The notes beneath the pieces are model-generated. The model was given only the letters and a program-made list of their open reading frames with translations. It did not search any database and had not been told where the DNA came from. A stretch of 64,000 nucleotides of DNA. Origin: Balamuthia mandrillaris. Lineage: Eukaryota. The DNA lies in the NCBI GenBank assembly GCA_031835245.2, contig JAVKOQ020000091.1, positions 62,001 to 126,000 on the forward strand. Reading direction: 5' to 3'. Within the stretch, counting starts at the first letter, position 1, and each line of letters opens with the position of its first letter. This document shows positions 50,491 through 64,000 of the stretch, piece by piece. The position numbers were made by a program, and so were the translations under genes.

Positions 50491-52075
50491 ATGCCAAGAG
50501 AAGGAGGGGAAAAGAGCTCAAGCTCAAGAGAAAAGCATGACCGAAACTCGCGCGGAAGAAAAGAGGAGAATAACTCTTCCGCTTCATCATCTTCCTCTTC
50601 TTCTTCCTCCTCCTCTTCCGATAAACCTCGCACTTCTTCCTCCTCAAGAAAAGAACATAGGACCTCAGGGAGCCACAACAGATCCGATCCTCGCAAACTT
50701 CAACAAGAGGGAGATGCGGACGCCTCTTCTGCACGGGAAAAGTTTTCGACGGCACCCACGCGAGGGCGCGAGAGCAAAGCCCGACGCTCCGCGATGGACT
50801 TGGACTTGGAGCAAGTGGCGGCGGCGGGAGTAGGCCTCGGTGGCGGTCCCACCGATGCCGACGGCAAACCCAAGAGCGGCAGCTCCTCTGATAGCCGCAG
50901 GTTCGAAGCGGAGGGAGGTGGGGGCTCATCCGGTTCCGGCTTGGGTGGAGGAAGCGGAGCAAAAGGTTTAGGAGGAAGCACTAGCTCGTTGCCAAGTGTG
51001 AGTTCCTCAACATCGGAGGGAGGAGCGGCTTCCTCGCCAGGAGCCGAAAAGAGAAGGTTTCTCTCCAACCTGAAGAGGAAGGCCAAGCCCAGCAAGAGCG
51101 AGGGCAACCTCTCTGGCTCGGGCTCTCCAGCCTCCTCTCCTTCCTCCGACAGAGCCAGAAAGAAGGAGGAGAAAGAGGCTCGCAAACGACGTGAGAAGGA
51201 GGAGAAAGAGGAGAAGAAACGAAGAAAGAAAGAAGGCGGCGGGGGAGGAAGCGGCGTGGGTATTGCCGGTAGCAAGAACGCCGGCATTCCTGGAGTTGGA
51301 AAGCCTATTTCCGCCAGAGGAGTTGCCAACCAGCACAATGGCGACAAGACCTCCTTCAAGGCAGCGCTGGAGTCCATCGAGGCCAACAAGACCCAGATGG
51401 GAACGTCCCCTAAAGGCCTTGGACTCGTGAAGATGCCCCTCTTCAGCGGGGATGAGCTGGACTACAACGACGGATACAGCGGAGAGCGGCAGAAAATGAC
51501 CTATACAAAACAGAGCACCATTGAAGGTGAGTCGCTTTTCAAAGGGGCTGGCAAGAAGCCAGGCCTGGAAATTTGGCGCATAGAGAAGATGGTGCCGGTG
51601 CGAGTGCCAAAGTCTAAAGTCGGAAAGTTTTACGCTGGTGATGCCTACATCTGTCTTCATGTACGTTTCTTTCCGTTTCTCTTTGTTCCCTTCTGTTCTC
51701 TCCTTCTCTCCTTATTCTCCTCCTTTTCCTTCGTCATCCTCATTGTTTGTGTGTTTCAAAACAGACGGCATACAAGCATGACCGCAGCAGGACGTTGGAG
51801 TGGAATATATACTACTGGATAGGAAGAAAGGTTCCGAAGGATGCTCTTACCTCCGTTGCCATTCGTACCGTCCAACTAAACGGAGACATTGGCTCTAAGG
51901 CTATACACCATCGAGAGGTTAACACTTTGTTCCCTTGCTTCGTCTTTCTCCCTGTAGTTTAACTTTGATATATTTTTTCCGACGCAGATGCAAGGGCATG
52001 AATCCGAAAAGTTCTTGCAGTTGTTCAAGTACAGGATCAAATACCTTAAAGGCAAGCTTATCTCTACGTCTCCTC

Positions 52076-52113
<38 letters not shown>

Positions 52114-54783
52114 CAAGACGGTATTTCCACCACAATACAACAAAGGTGGTGTGGAGAGTGCTTTGAATCATGTCGAAGAAGAAGACTATGAAGTTCGTTT
52201 GTTGCACGTAATGGGCACAAAAGGTCGCGTGCGACAGGTCGATCCATTTGCTGAGTCCCTAAACGAGGGAGACGTCTTCATCCTGGACGCTGGAGAGAAA
52301 GTCTTTGTTTGGGTTGGTCACAAGGCAGGGCTGAAGAAGGAGAGCAAGGCCATGGAAATTGCCAACATTATCAACGCTGAGAACAAAGGCAAAGGCAACG
52401 TCAAGAAACTGAGTACGTGTTATCCCACCTGTGTGCTCCTTCTTCTACGAGACCTATTGCTTACGTATCACAGAGGGAAAGAAGAGAGATGAGAACAAAA
52501 GCTTTTGGGAGATCTTGGGCGGACAGGGTGAGATAGCCGAAGCCTCGGAAGCCATGAACGAGAATGAGATTGATGAAGACATGGCCGAATCCGTCTTCCT
52601 TTACAGGTCTGTGTGCTTACCAACTCTCTGTCATTTCTTTTGCCACAAAACAACACCTGACTAATAATCAAAACAGAGTGGTAGAAAAAGGAGCAGGTGA
52701 GTTCGAGGCGGTTCCAGTGGAGCAACATCCGCTCAGGAAGGAGCTGCTCAAGTCGGAGCACACATACATTCTCGACTGTGAGACCGAAATGTATCTTTGG
52801 GCCGGCAAAAACTCCGACTTTGAGAGCAAGACTCATGGCATCATTGTTGCTGATGTACGTTTGCTGTTTGTGTTTGTTTTAAAAGCATCTTCCGTGCGTT
52901 CTTCTCAAACTTCAAACACCCAACAGAAATTCTTGAAGATGTTTGATAGACCGGAATGGACGCCAATGACTCGCGTCGTGGAAGGGTACGAGAGCGTGCT
53001 CTTCAAGTCCAAGTTCCTCGGCTGGGTGGAGAGCCACCCCGTCCAAAGCTACGTACACGAGGAGCTTCGCAAGGGACGCATTGCCGAACCCATGGAACAA
53101 CCCGAGATTAACGTGGAACATCTCCTCCTAGGACAGCAAGCACCATCCTCTGCTTCCGCCTCATCGACACAGCCCTCATCGGATGAGTTCATTCCAGAAG
53201 TAGACCCTGACAGTGGAGTCATTGATATGTGGTTCATGGATGACAGCGGGATGGGACAGTCGGTGGAAGAAGAAGAGTTCGGAGAGTTCTTCTCTGGTCG
53301 CAGCTACATTGTGCTCTACTCCTACCAGCAGAGGGGGGTGCTAAAGTCGGTGGCCTACTTTTGGGAGGGCAGGCACGCCTCCTCCAAGGACTATATTGCC
53401 TACCAGAGCGGGTTGGTGGCCTCTTTGGAGGAGAAGATGGAGAGCGAGGGAGGGCACGCCCCCATCCAGGTTCGCATGAAGCAGCACAGGGAGGGCAAGT
53501 TCTTTCTCTCCCTCTTCAAAGGCTTCTTTGTAGTTCACTTGGGCAGAGGCAAGAGAAAGACCAAGTCTCTATACCAAATCCGTTCCGCTGCAGCTGCAGC
53601 TGATGCTTCTTCATCCTCCGGCGCGACCACTCAGCTCATCCAAAAAGCGGTTCAATTGGAGAAGGTCACGTCGGAGGCCCTCAACAGTGGCGCCTCCTTT
53701 GTGCTTACCTCTGCCAAGGCCATCTACAAGTGGCACGGCCAAGGCTCCTCCCCAGCGGCCAGACAGGCAGCTGACACGGTGGTTGCCAGGATTGCAAATG
53801 GTCGGAAGGCTGTGGAATGCCTGGAGGGCCAGGAGCCGCCCGAGTTTTGGAAGGACATTGGCGGCAAGAAGCCCTATGCCGATGCCCCTCTGCTCAAGAG
53901 GCAGCTTCCGCCGGGCTATCCGCGCCTCTTCCAATGCGGCATCGCTCGCGTGTTCAAAGTGGAGGAGATCGTTAACTTTATTCAGGAAGACCTGGCGGAG
54001 GAGGACGTCATGATGCTGGATGCCTACTATGAGATCTACCTGTGGTATGGCCTGGAGTCTACGGAGAAGGAGAAAGAGATGAGCAAGGAGATGACGGAAA
54101 GATACCTGCAAAAAGCCATTCAGGTCCAGAAGAGGAACGCCTCGGAGGTAAGCATTCGCGTCATTAACTCGAGGGAGGAGCCGCTGGTCTTTAGGTCCTT
54201 CTTCCTGGATTGGAAGGACAAGTCCAACCAACGGGACGTTGCCAAGGAGATTGAACACAGGAGACAGGAGAAAATACTGCAGATCGAGGATGAGAGCAAG
54301 AAGCCTGCCACACCTCTCATGGCCGAGTTCCTGAACAAGGCCAACGAGAGAATGGGGATTGATGCGGCTAAGCATGACGTTGAAGCTGCCAGAAAGAGGG
54401 AACAGCAGGAAAAAGCCAGAAGAGAGGAGGAGAGGGTCAGAAAGGAGAAGGAGAAGCAGCGCCTGCGAGAGGAGGAGCGTCGGAGAAAGCAGGAACAAGA
54501 GAGACAGAAAGAGAAGGAGAAAGAGGAGACAGAGAAAGAGAAACAGAAAGAGAAGGAAAAGGAGAGAAACAAGAGCAAAGGAAAGAAGTCTTCAGCAACG
54601 ACAAAGAAAGAGGAGGAGACCTCCTCCTCTCCTGGCGATCAAAGTCCTCGCTCCAGCAACACCTCCACGACTACCACCACCGGAGCCAGCGACGACGAAG
54701 AGCACGACGACAAAGAGAACGAACAATCCTCTGCCTCTCAGTTAAGCGGCGGTGAGGAGGAGAACGGCAATGTAAGCGAGTGA
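50491..54783 (+). CDS. Villin/gelsolin-family actin-binding protein with long disordered N-terminus and charged coiled-coil tail
   Basis: PGLEIWRIEK...GKFYAGDAYI, IYYWIG, HREMQGHESEKFL..YLKGGVES, SLNEGDVFILD, GEFFSGRSYIVLY, LNSGASFVL, EGQEPPEFW and PRLFQC..QEDLAEEDVMMLD give six gelsolin repeats. No headpiece seen. Confidence 0.93.
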
Positions 54784-54989
54784 TTTAAAAAAGATGGATA
54801 TAGATGGACATAAGTTTGGATCCGTTCCCCCCTCTCTCTGCCTTCATCCCTTGAAGCATTCTGCTCTTCGTTTTTCTTTCTCAAATATTGTTGTATTAAA
54901 GGAGGGAATTTTTTTTATAAAACAAAGGTTTCTCTTTCTTCTCTTTGTACACCACCTTCTTCTGTTGAAGACTTCGCAGTAATCAGTAC

Positions 54990-57214
54990 CTACAAAAAGC
55001 GTTTATGTTGGATCTCATCTCTGGTGCAAGTGTGGCCACATCGGTTACATCGCAACAGCTTCTTCTTGGTCACTTGTTGGTCGACATCTTCACAAAGGCT
55101 ATTAGAAACGCAAGCTCGGCATCCGACGTGGCCGCAACGCAACAACATCGTTCCTTCTTTGTGACACCACACACAGCTATTCTTTTCCTCGTTCTCGTTC
55201 TCGTTCTCTTGCTCTTTCTCTTTTTCTTGTCCTTCGTCGTCAGAATCATCAATGACAATGATACGCGGAGGAGGAGATGAAGAATGTGGTCGTTGGTGAT
55301 ACATCCTCGGTTTCTTTTGCAGGTATACTACTTTTTGTCCGTCATCTTCTGGTGTTGGTCGTTTGGAAGTTGTGCCTAATCGAAAACCTCTTCCACTAAA
55401 TGCAACGTGATTTGAAGAAGAGGAAGAGGAAGATGCAGAAGAAGAAGAACATGAGGAAGGAGAACAAGAAGAAGGTGATGATGATGATGGCGGCCGATGA
55501 AGTTGACATAGAGAAGCTATCATTGTTTGCTTATGTTCAGGTTCAATCATTTTCTCTGTATGGTAAAATACAGATGAGAGAGAGAGAGAGAGAGAGGGAG
55601 AGAAACAAAAAACAGAAAATAAAACCATTGAAAGCATTGTTACGAATAAAGGTCCGTATCTCGGATTGAAGAGAGGTATCTACTTTGATTTGGTTTTTTC
55701 GCATACTTAATCCCTATTAAATGGAAACGAAGGACAATAAGCAATCAGCAATTACTCAGCTTCTCTCTCTCTTTTTCTCTCTCTCTCTCTCTCTCCTGCT
55801 ACTCACTGTAAAAGGATCAGTTGAGTGACGCTCTAAATGTCGGTTTACTACGCAGCACGAGAGAATCATTTAGAAAAGACAAAGAGAATTTCTGAGAAAG
55901 ACAGCTAGAGAGAGGGGCAAGGAGGGAGAGAGAACGGTAGAGAGGGAGAGATAGAGAAAGAAAGAGAGGAGTATACGTGTAGAAGCATCAATATGATGAC
56001 CAGAAGGCAAAACAACCGGATGAAGCATCAACTCACACGTAATTGGATCTATATAACAGGGTGGAATCTTATGAGTAGCTATAGTGACTGCTCTTCTGCT
56101 TAGCTCTTTTTCTTCCTCTTCTTCCCCATCGTGGATGGTGTCGTTGTTATTTCTGGTTGCGGAAGAAATAGAGTGTTGCAGTTCAATAGAAGAGGTGTTC
56201 GTTTGTTCAGAGGAGGAAAGCTGATGAAGACGCGAGAGAAGAGTTTTAGATGTGGAAGAAGAGCGGTGAGAGAGCTCGCCCCACACTTGAAGAAAGGCAC
56301 ACGCGACTGCTTTTCCTTGATAAGCTTTTCAGAAAGAAGATAAGAAGGAAAGCCAACAGTGATAGCAAAACAAGGAAGGAAGGAGAAAGATGAATGAAAA
56401 GAAAAAGAAATAGAGAGAAGAAAAGGAAGAACAAACTTTTCTTGATTGTAAGCCGAAGCTTTTTAACACGATGGAGAGCTCGAAGAGAACGAGAAAATGG
56501 GATGGCAGCAAGAGAGGATCTCTGTTGCTCATTCATGTATCTTTGGCTGCGATTCGGATGGAAGAAGCGAATACCGTTTTCCTTTTGTTTAAAAGAGAGA
56601 GTGAGAGAGAATGAATGCACAAACATAGAGAATACGTGAATGCATGAGAGAGGCAGAGAAGAAGAAAGGGTGAACAGAGAGAAGAGAAGAGAGAAGAGAG
56701 AAGAGAGAAGAGAGAAGAGAGAAAAGAGAAGAGAGAAGAGAACGATGAAGAGAAGAGAAGAAAGAAGCAGAGAAGAAAGAACAGAGAGGAAAAGACATGG
56801 AAAGAGACACAGGAAAGCAAGAGAGCAAACTTTGAATCGATGCAAGTCAGCATAGTTGCCAAGAAAGGTCCATTCTTCCTGTTGTTGCTGCCTCGTGTGT
56901 TCCGCACCAGCAGCACAAACCTCCAAGGCCACGACCTGCATGCAGTGCGTGTGAACCCTATGTCCAACGACCACCGAGCAAATGCTGATCTCCTCCGGGA
57001 AGCAGAGCAGCAAATCGACCGGCGGCTTCACGAAATGAGAGCAGATGAAAGACGAATGGGTGGGTTGTTGCTGCTGCGAAAAACTGGGAAGCACCGAGGA
57101 AGACGAAGAAGCAGAGGGTTGTTGCAAAAGCTTTTGGGCTTCATGGCCGTCGAGGGTGACCGTGGAGCACGCTATGGTCGTGCCCAGTTCCTCCCTCGCA
57201 AAGTTCCACGCCAT
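54990..57214 (-). CDS. UBOX5: U-box + RING E3 ligase, UBOX5/RNF37-like
   Basis: N-terminal FICSHFVKPPVDLLLCFPEEISI; U-box IPPCYIDPITCELMLHPVVLPSGHHIDAST...DPFT; C-terminal RING CVWC...CGHVGCRAC...CNRC. Confidence 0.85.
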
Positions 57215-57517
57215 CTTTATTTTTTTTGGACTTCACTCCTGCTGGTTTTGTTCACTTTTGTTGCACGATTTCTGCTGTATAATTTATGTCGACAAAAGGA
57301 GCAATATTCCTGCTGAATTTCTGCACTTTTGCTCCTCGAGCTTTTGTATTTGTCGACACATTGGTTGTGATGCAATTCTGCACCTTTTGTACTCTAAATG
57401 TCGGCAGTTAATTATGGAGGACAAATATTACACAAATGCTGCAATATTCGTGTTCAAATATCGTTTTTATGTCGACGCCTGTTTGTCTCTTTGGCATCAG
57501 CGTGGTGTGTTTTTCAC

Positions 57518-60619
<3,102 letters not shown>

Positions 60620-60774
60620 TTCTTTTTTCTTTGTTGAATTTTTATTTTATTTTTTTTGCTGTATTGGATAATTACTGTCGACACCTTCTTCTACACAACG
60701 AGTGCTGAGTTAGACCACAAAAACAGGTCCACACGTGCACAAAAGCAGGCGTCGTTTCGCTCGGTTGCGATAAA

Positions 60775-60926
<152 letters not shown>

Positions 60927-60933
60927 GTAGAGG

Positions 60934-63475
60934 ATGTTGGGAGTGGGTGACTTTTCTCACGCCTTGGACGTGTTGCGGGAGAAGAGGAACGTCTATGTGG
61001 ATCAAAATCGCTTCGACGAGGTGGCGGACCTCCTCTTCAACCCGGCTCGTTCCCCAAAGACCATAGAGATGAGTTCCAGTCTGGAAAAAGTATCGTCCGC
61101 TTGGTTTATTCTCGTTTCCTTTGGTTCTTTCTTGCTTACTCCATATTTTTTTTTAAGTATTCAGAACAACTAAAACAACTGCGTGAGAAGCTAACACAAC
61201 AAGCTTATCCAACATTGTCAACAACATCTTCTCGCATCTCTCCAAACAAACCATCTCCTGCCTCCTCTCGATCCCGCTCGGCGTCGGAGAGCAATAAAGA
61301 TGGATGGCACGAACCGGGCACCTCTGCATCCAGAGTAGTTCGTTTTGCCGATCATAAAGCTCAGCAACTTTCGATTACCGCTTCAGAGACAAAGCAAAAC
61401 ATTGCAAGCAACAGCTCAAAGGAAACCCGAGAACTAGCTGACAAGGGTACCACTAACGGCAAGCACAAAGAGGAGCACGCGAAAACGGAAAGTAAACAGA
61501 ACAAAACAGGAATTCTGAAGAAAGAAGCCTTACCAGTATCTGTGGCATCTGTTTCTTCCACCCTCGCATTTGCTAAAGAAGAAGTGAAACCCATCAACCA
61601 TTCGGTCTATTCTTTGATGACCGAGACGGTGGAACTCATTCAGTTGCGTGAGCGGCAGTCCTCCGTCGAGCTCACTATATTTCTTCCCAGCGAGAGCTCA
61701 CCCCTGCGGTTCAGGGTACCCAGTCTTCTGTTTCTAACTCTCTTCTAGTTCTTTGCTTACTTCATTGTCTCTGCTTTAATCTTCGCATCTCTTCATCGTC
61801 ACTCTTTCTGTTTTCAAAAAGGTCCACGAGGAGACGACAGGGCATAAGGTCATTGAGATGGTGTTGAAAAAGTGCGAGGAGGAAAAGCGAGGTGGATCCC
61901 TGATCGTGGACCCCGGAGCATACGTCCTACGAATGGCAGAAGACGACGGAACTGTGGATGAGGATGACTTTGGTTGGTTTTCGAAGTTGTTGTCGTTTTA
62001 CGACTAGTTTCGCTCTTTGTTCATGCTCTTTACTCTGCTCGAAACAGACATCAACTTGGACTTGCCTTTGGTAAAGTTTGGAGACATGTTTGTGCTTCTC
62101 GTGAATGCTTCCTATCAAGGTACGCTCGTTGTTTGGCGGAACATGGAAGAGCTGTAGTACTGATGAACCTAACAAAGGGTTGCAACGAAAGGACAAGTTC
62201 ATCAAAGTCTGTCTGCCACGAAACCAATACCTGGTGCGTATCAGGATAGAACCAGATGCTAAGGGAGAGAAAGAGTAAGAAAGATAGACTGGAGAGGTGG
62301 CTGACCTCTTCGTGAAGACCATCTCCACAGATGCCGACCTGAAAGTGGGAGACTTGCTCTACAAAGTTTGTTTCAAGCGGCAGCTGCCAGTGGAGGACTA
62401 CTGCTTGCAGCTGATCGGGGACAAGAACACCGGACCGCTGAGCCTGGACGCCTTGGTAGAATCCCTCAACACCAACGCCATTCAACTCAGAGAATTCAGT
62501 TTTGCTTCCTCTCTTGTGTTCACCATCCTCTTCCTCCTTCTTCGTGATCACTAACTCCTATCTCTCTCTCTTTCTTTCTCTCTCTCTCTGGCTGATGTAA
62601 CAACAGCCAAAGAGGAGAAAGAGGAAAGTTCAAAGATGGCACCTATCAAGTTTTACAGCCAAATACGATTCACCGTAATCCTCTACTTCTTTCTTTGTTC
62701 CACTTTACGTCTTGCTTCTTCTCTCCTGCGTCGTTCTTCTTCCGATCTCTTCGTAGTTCTCCCTTCCTTCCTTCTAGCTAATTCTTTTCCTTGCTTGAAC
62801 GCTTCTCATTCATGTTTCTCTCTTTGGCGCTTGTCCTTGTGTGTGTATCAGCAATACGAGGTAACCAAGCTGGGAAGGCTGGGCAAGCAGGACCGCATCA
62901 TCGGCATCGACCGCCACCGCATCACGTTCACCAACGGCAAAGGCAAGAAAAGCAAATCTTCTATGAAACGGGTATCCATCTCTCTTTGTCTTCCTTGTCC
63001 TTCTTCTTGTTCTTCTTGTTCTTGTTCTTGTTCTTGTTCTTGTTCTTGTTCTTCATGTTCTTCTTGTTCTTGTTCTTCTTGTTCTTCTTCTTCTTGTTCT
63101 TGTTCTTCTTCTTCTTCTTCTTCTTCTTCTTCTTCTTCTTCTTCTTCTTCTTCTTCTTCTTCTTCTTCTTCTTCTTCTTCTTCTTCTTCTTCTTTGCTTC
63201 TTCTTTCTCACAAAAAACAACAAAGCCGGTTCGTCAAATAACAGAGTTGAAAAGGGTGGCTGTGGCTTCAAAGCATAAACCACGTCAGTTTACCCTAGAG
63301 TTTCATGGAGACAACAAAGCCCACACATATGAAGCCGCTTCTGCTTCGGATGCTCGTACGTTTCGCTTCTCTATTTTCTTCTCCTAATTCCGCACTAAAC
63401 TGTTAGTTAACAAAAACAACAGAGGAGATAGTGGCAAAACTTCAACTTTGTTTGGACCAACTTGTTATTTCTTGA
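60934..63475 (+). CDS. SIN1/Avo1/RIP3-like TORC2 subunit (CRIM, RBD-like and PH domains)
   Basis: CRIM AYVLRMAEDDGTVDEDDF; RBD-like LKVGDLLYKVCFKRQLPVEDY; PH YQQYEVTKLGRLGKQDRIIGIDRHRI...HTYEA. Confidence 0.8.
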
Positions 63476-63519
63476 AAGAAAAGGTATTTTGTAGTATAAC
63501 CGCATTCATGTAGCCTTTC

Positions 63520-63562
<43 letters not shown>

Positions 63563-63578
63563 CTTTCTTTTCGTGTTG

Positions 63579-63950
63579 TTAAGCGGAGACAGAGCCAAAA
63601 TGCACGGAGAGAGGAAGTTTTACGGTTTGTTCACCATTTATCAGGCTCGTGTAGGTCGCGTCAATGTTTAGATGTAACTGTTATAACATTTGTTTTGGTT
63701 TGTTAGTAAAGTTTCATTCACGTGCGAAGCTTGAACAACAGCAAAGGAGGGAAGGACAACTTACTTTAAGCTCAGAAACATTTTCGTTTGGAATAATCTT
63801 CACCAAAAGGTAAACCTTGTCCAAGTGCCGTTTGAGGATGAAGGAACACCCCTCATCTTTGGCCTTGAGCTCTTTGTATTCATCTGTCTCCCAAACGTCT
63901 TCGTATTCGTCCGCCACTCCGATAAATGTTTCGATTGTTGATGGTTCCAT
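63579..63950 (-). CDS. Small hypothetical protein; 2 putative exons (may extend beyond the window)
   Basis: MEPSTIETFIGVADEY...NVSELK, a GTAAG donor, then ...LNIDATYTSLINGEQTVKLPLSVHFGSVSA*. Confidence 0.4.
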
Positions 63951-64000
63951 CTTAATAAATTATTGTTTTGGTTTAATGGTTTGTTAGATATAGGCAAAAA

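Overview
This is a gene-dense, intron-rich eukaryotic window. It looks like a free-living amoeba (Amoebozoa-like; inferred from gene content and from introns filled with microsatellites). I can assemble about 28 protein-coding genes from spliced exons: MAM33/p32, a bacterial-type ferritin, LipB, mitochondrial AspRS, a Sel1/COA7-like protein, phytochelatin synthase, a GH31 alpha-glucosidase, a TPR protein, an F-box/ankyrin-like (GCPW) repeat protein, a DxD glycosyltransferase, a TetA-like MFS transporter, dUTPase, a MORN protein, LipA, a ZIP transporter carrying a cNMP-binding domain, a bacterial-type PI-PLC, an F-box protein, a SpoU methyltransferase, a villin/gelsolin, UBOX5, a senescence/spartin-PH protein, SIN1 and several hypotheticals. 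There are also three tRNA genes and a decayed Ty1/copia fragment lying between two diverged copies of a promoter plus start codon. The most striking finding is one spliced gene (46510-48683) that joins the RNA-binding lobe of Tpt1/KptA to leucine-rich repeats and a NADAR/YbiA domain with both conserved acidic residues replaced. Also notable are the ZIP-cNMP fusion and a palindromic GTCGAC motif strongly concentrated in intergenic DNA. Exon boundaries were read by eye and family calls come from remembered motifs, not database searches.
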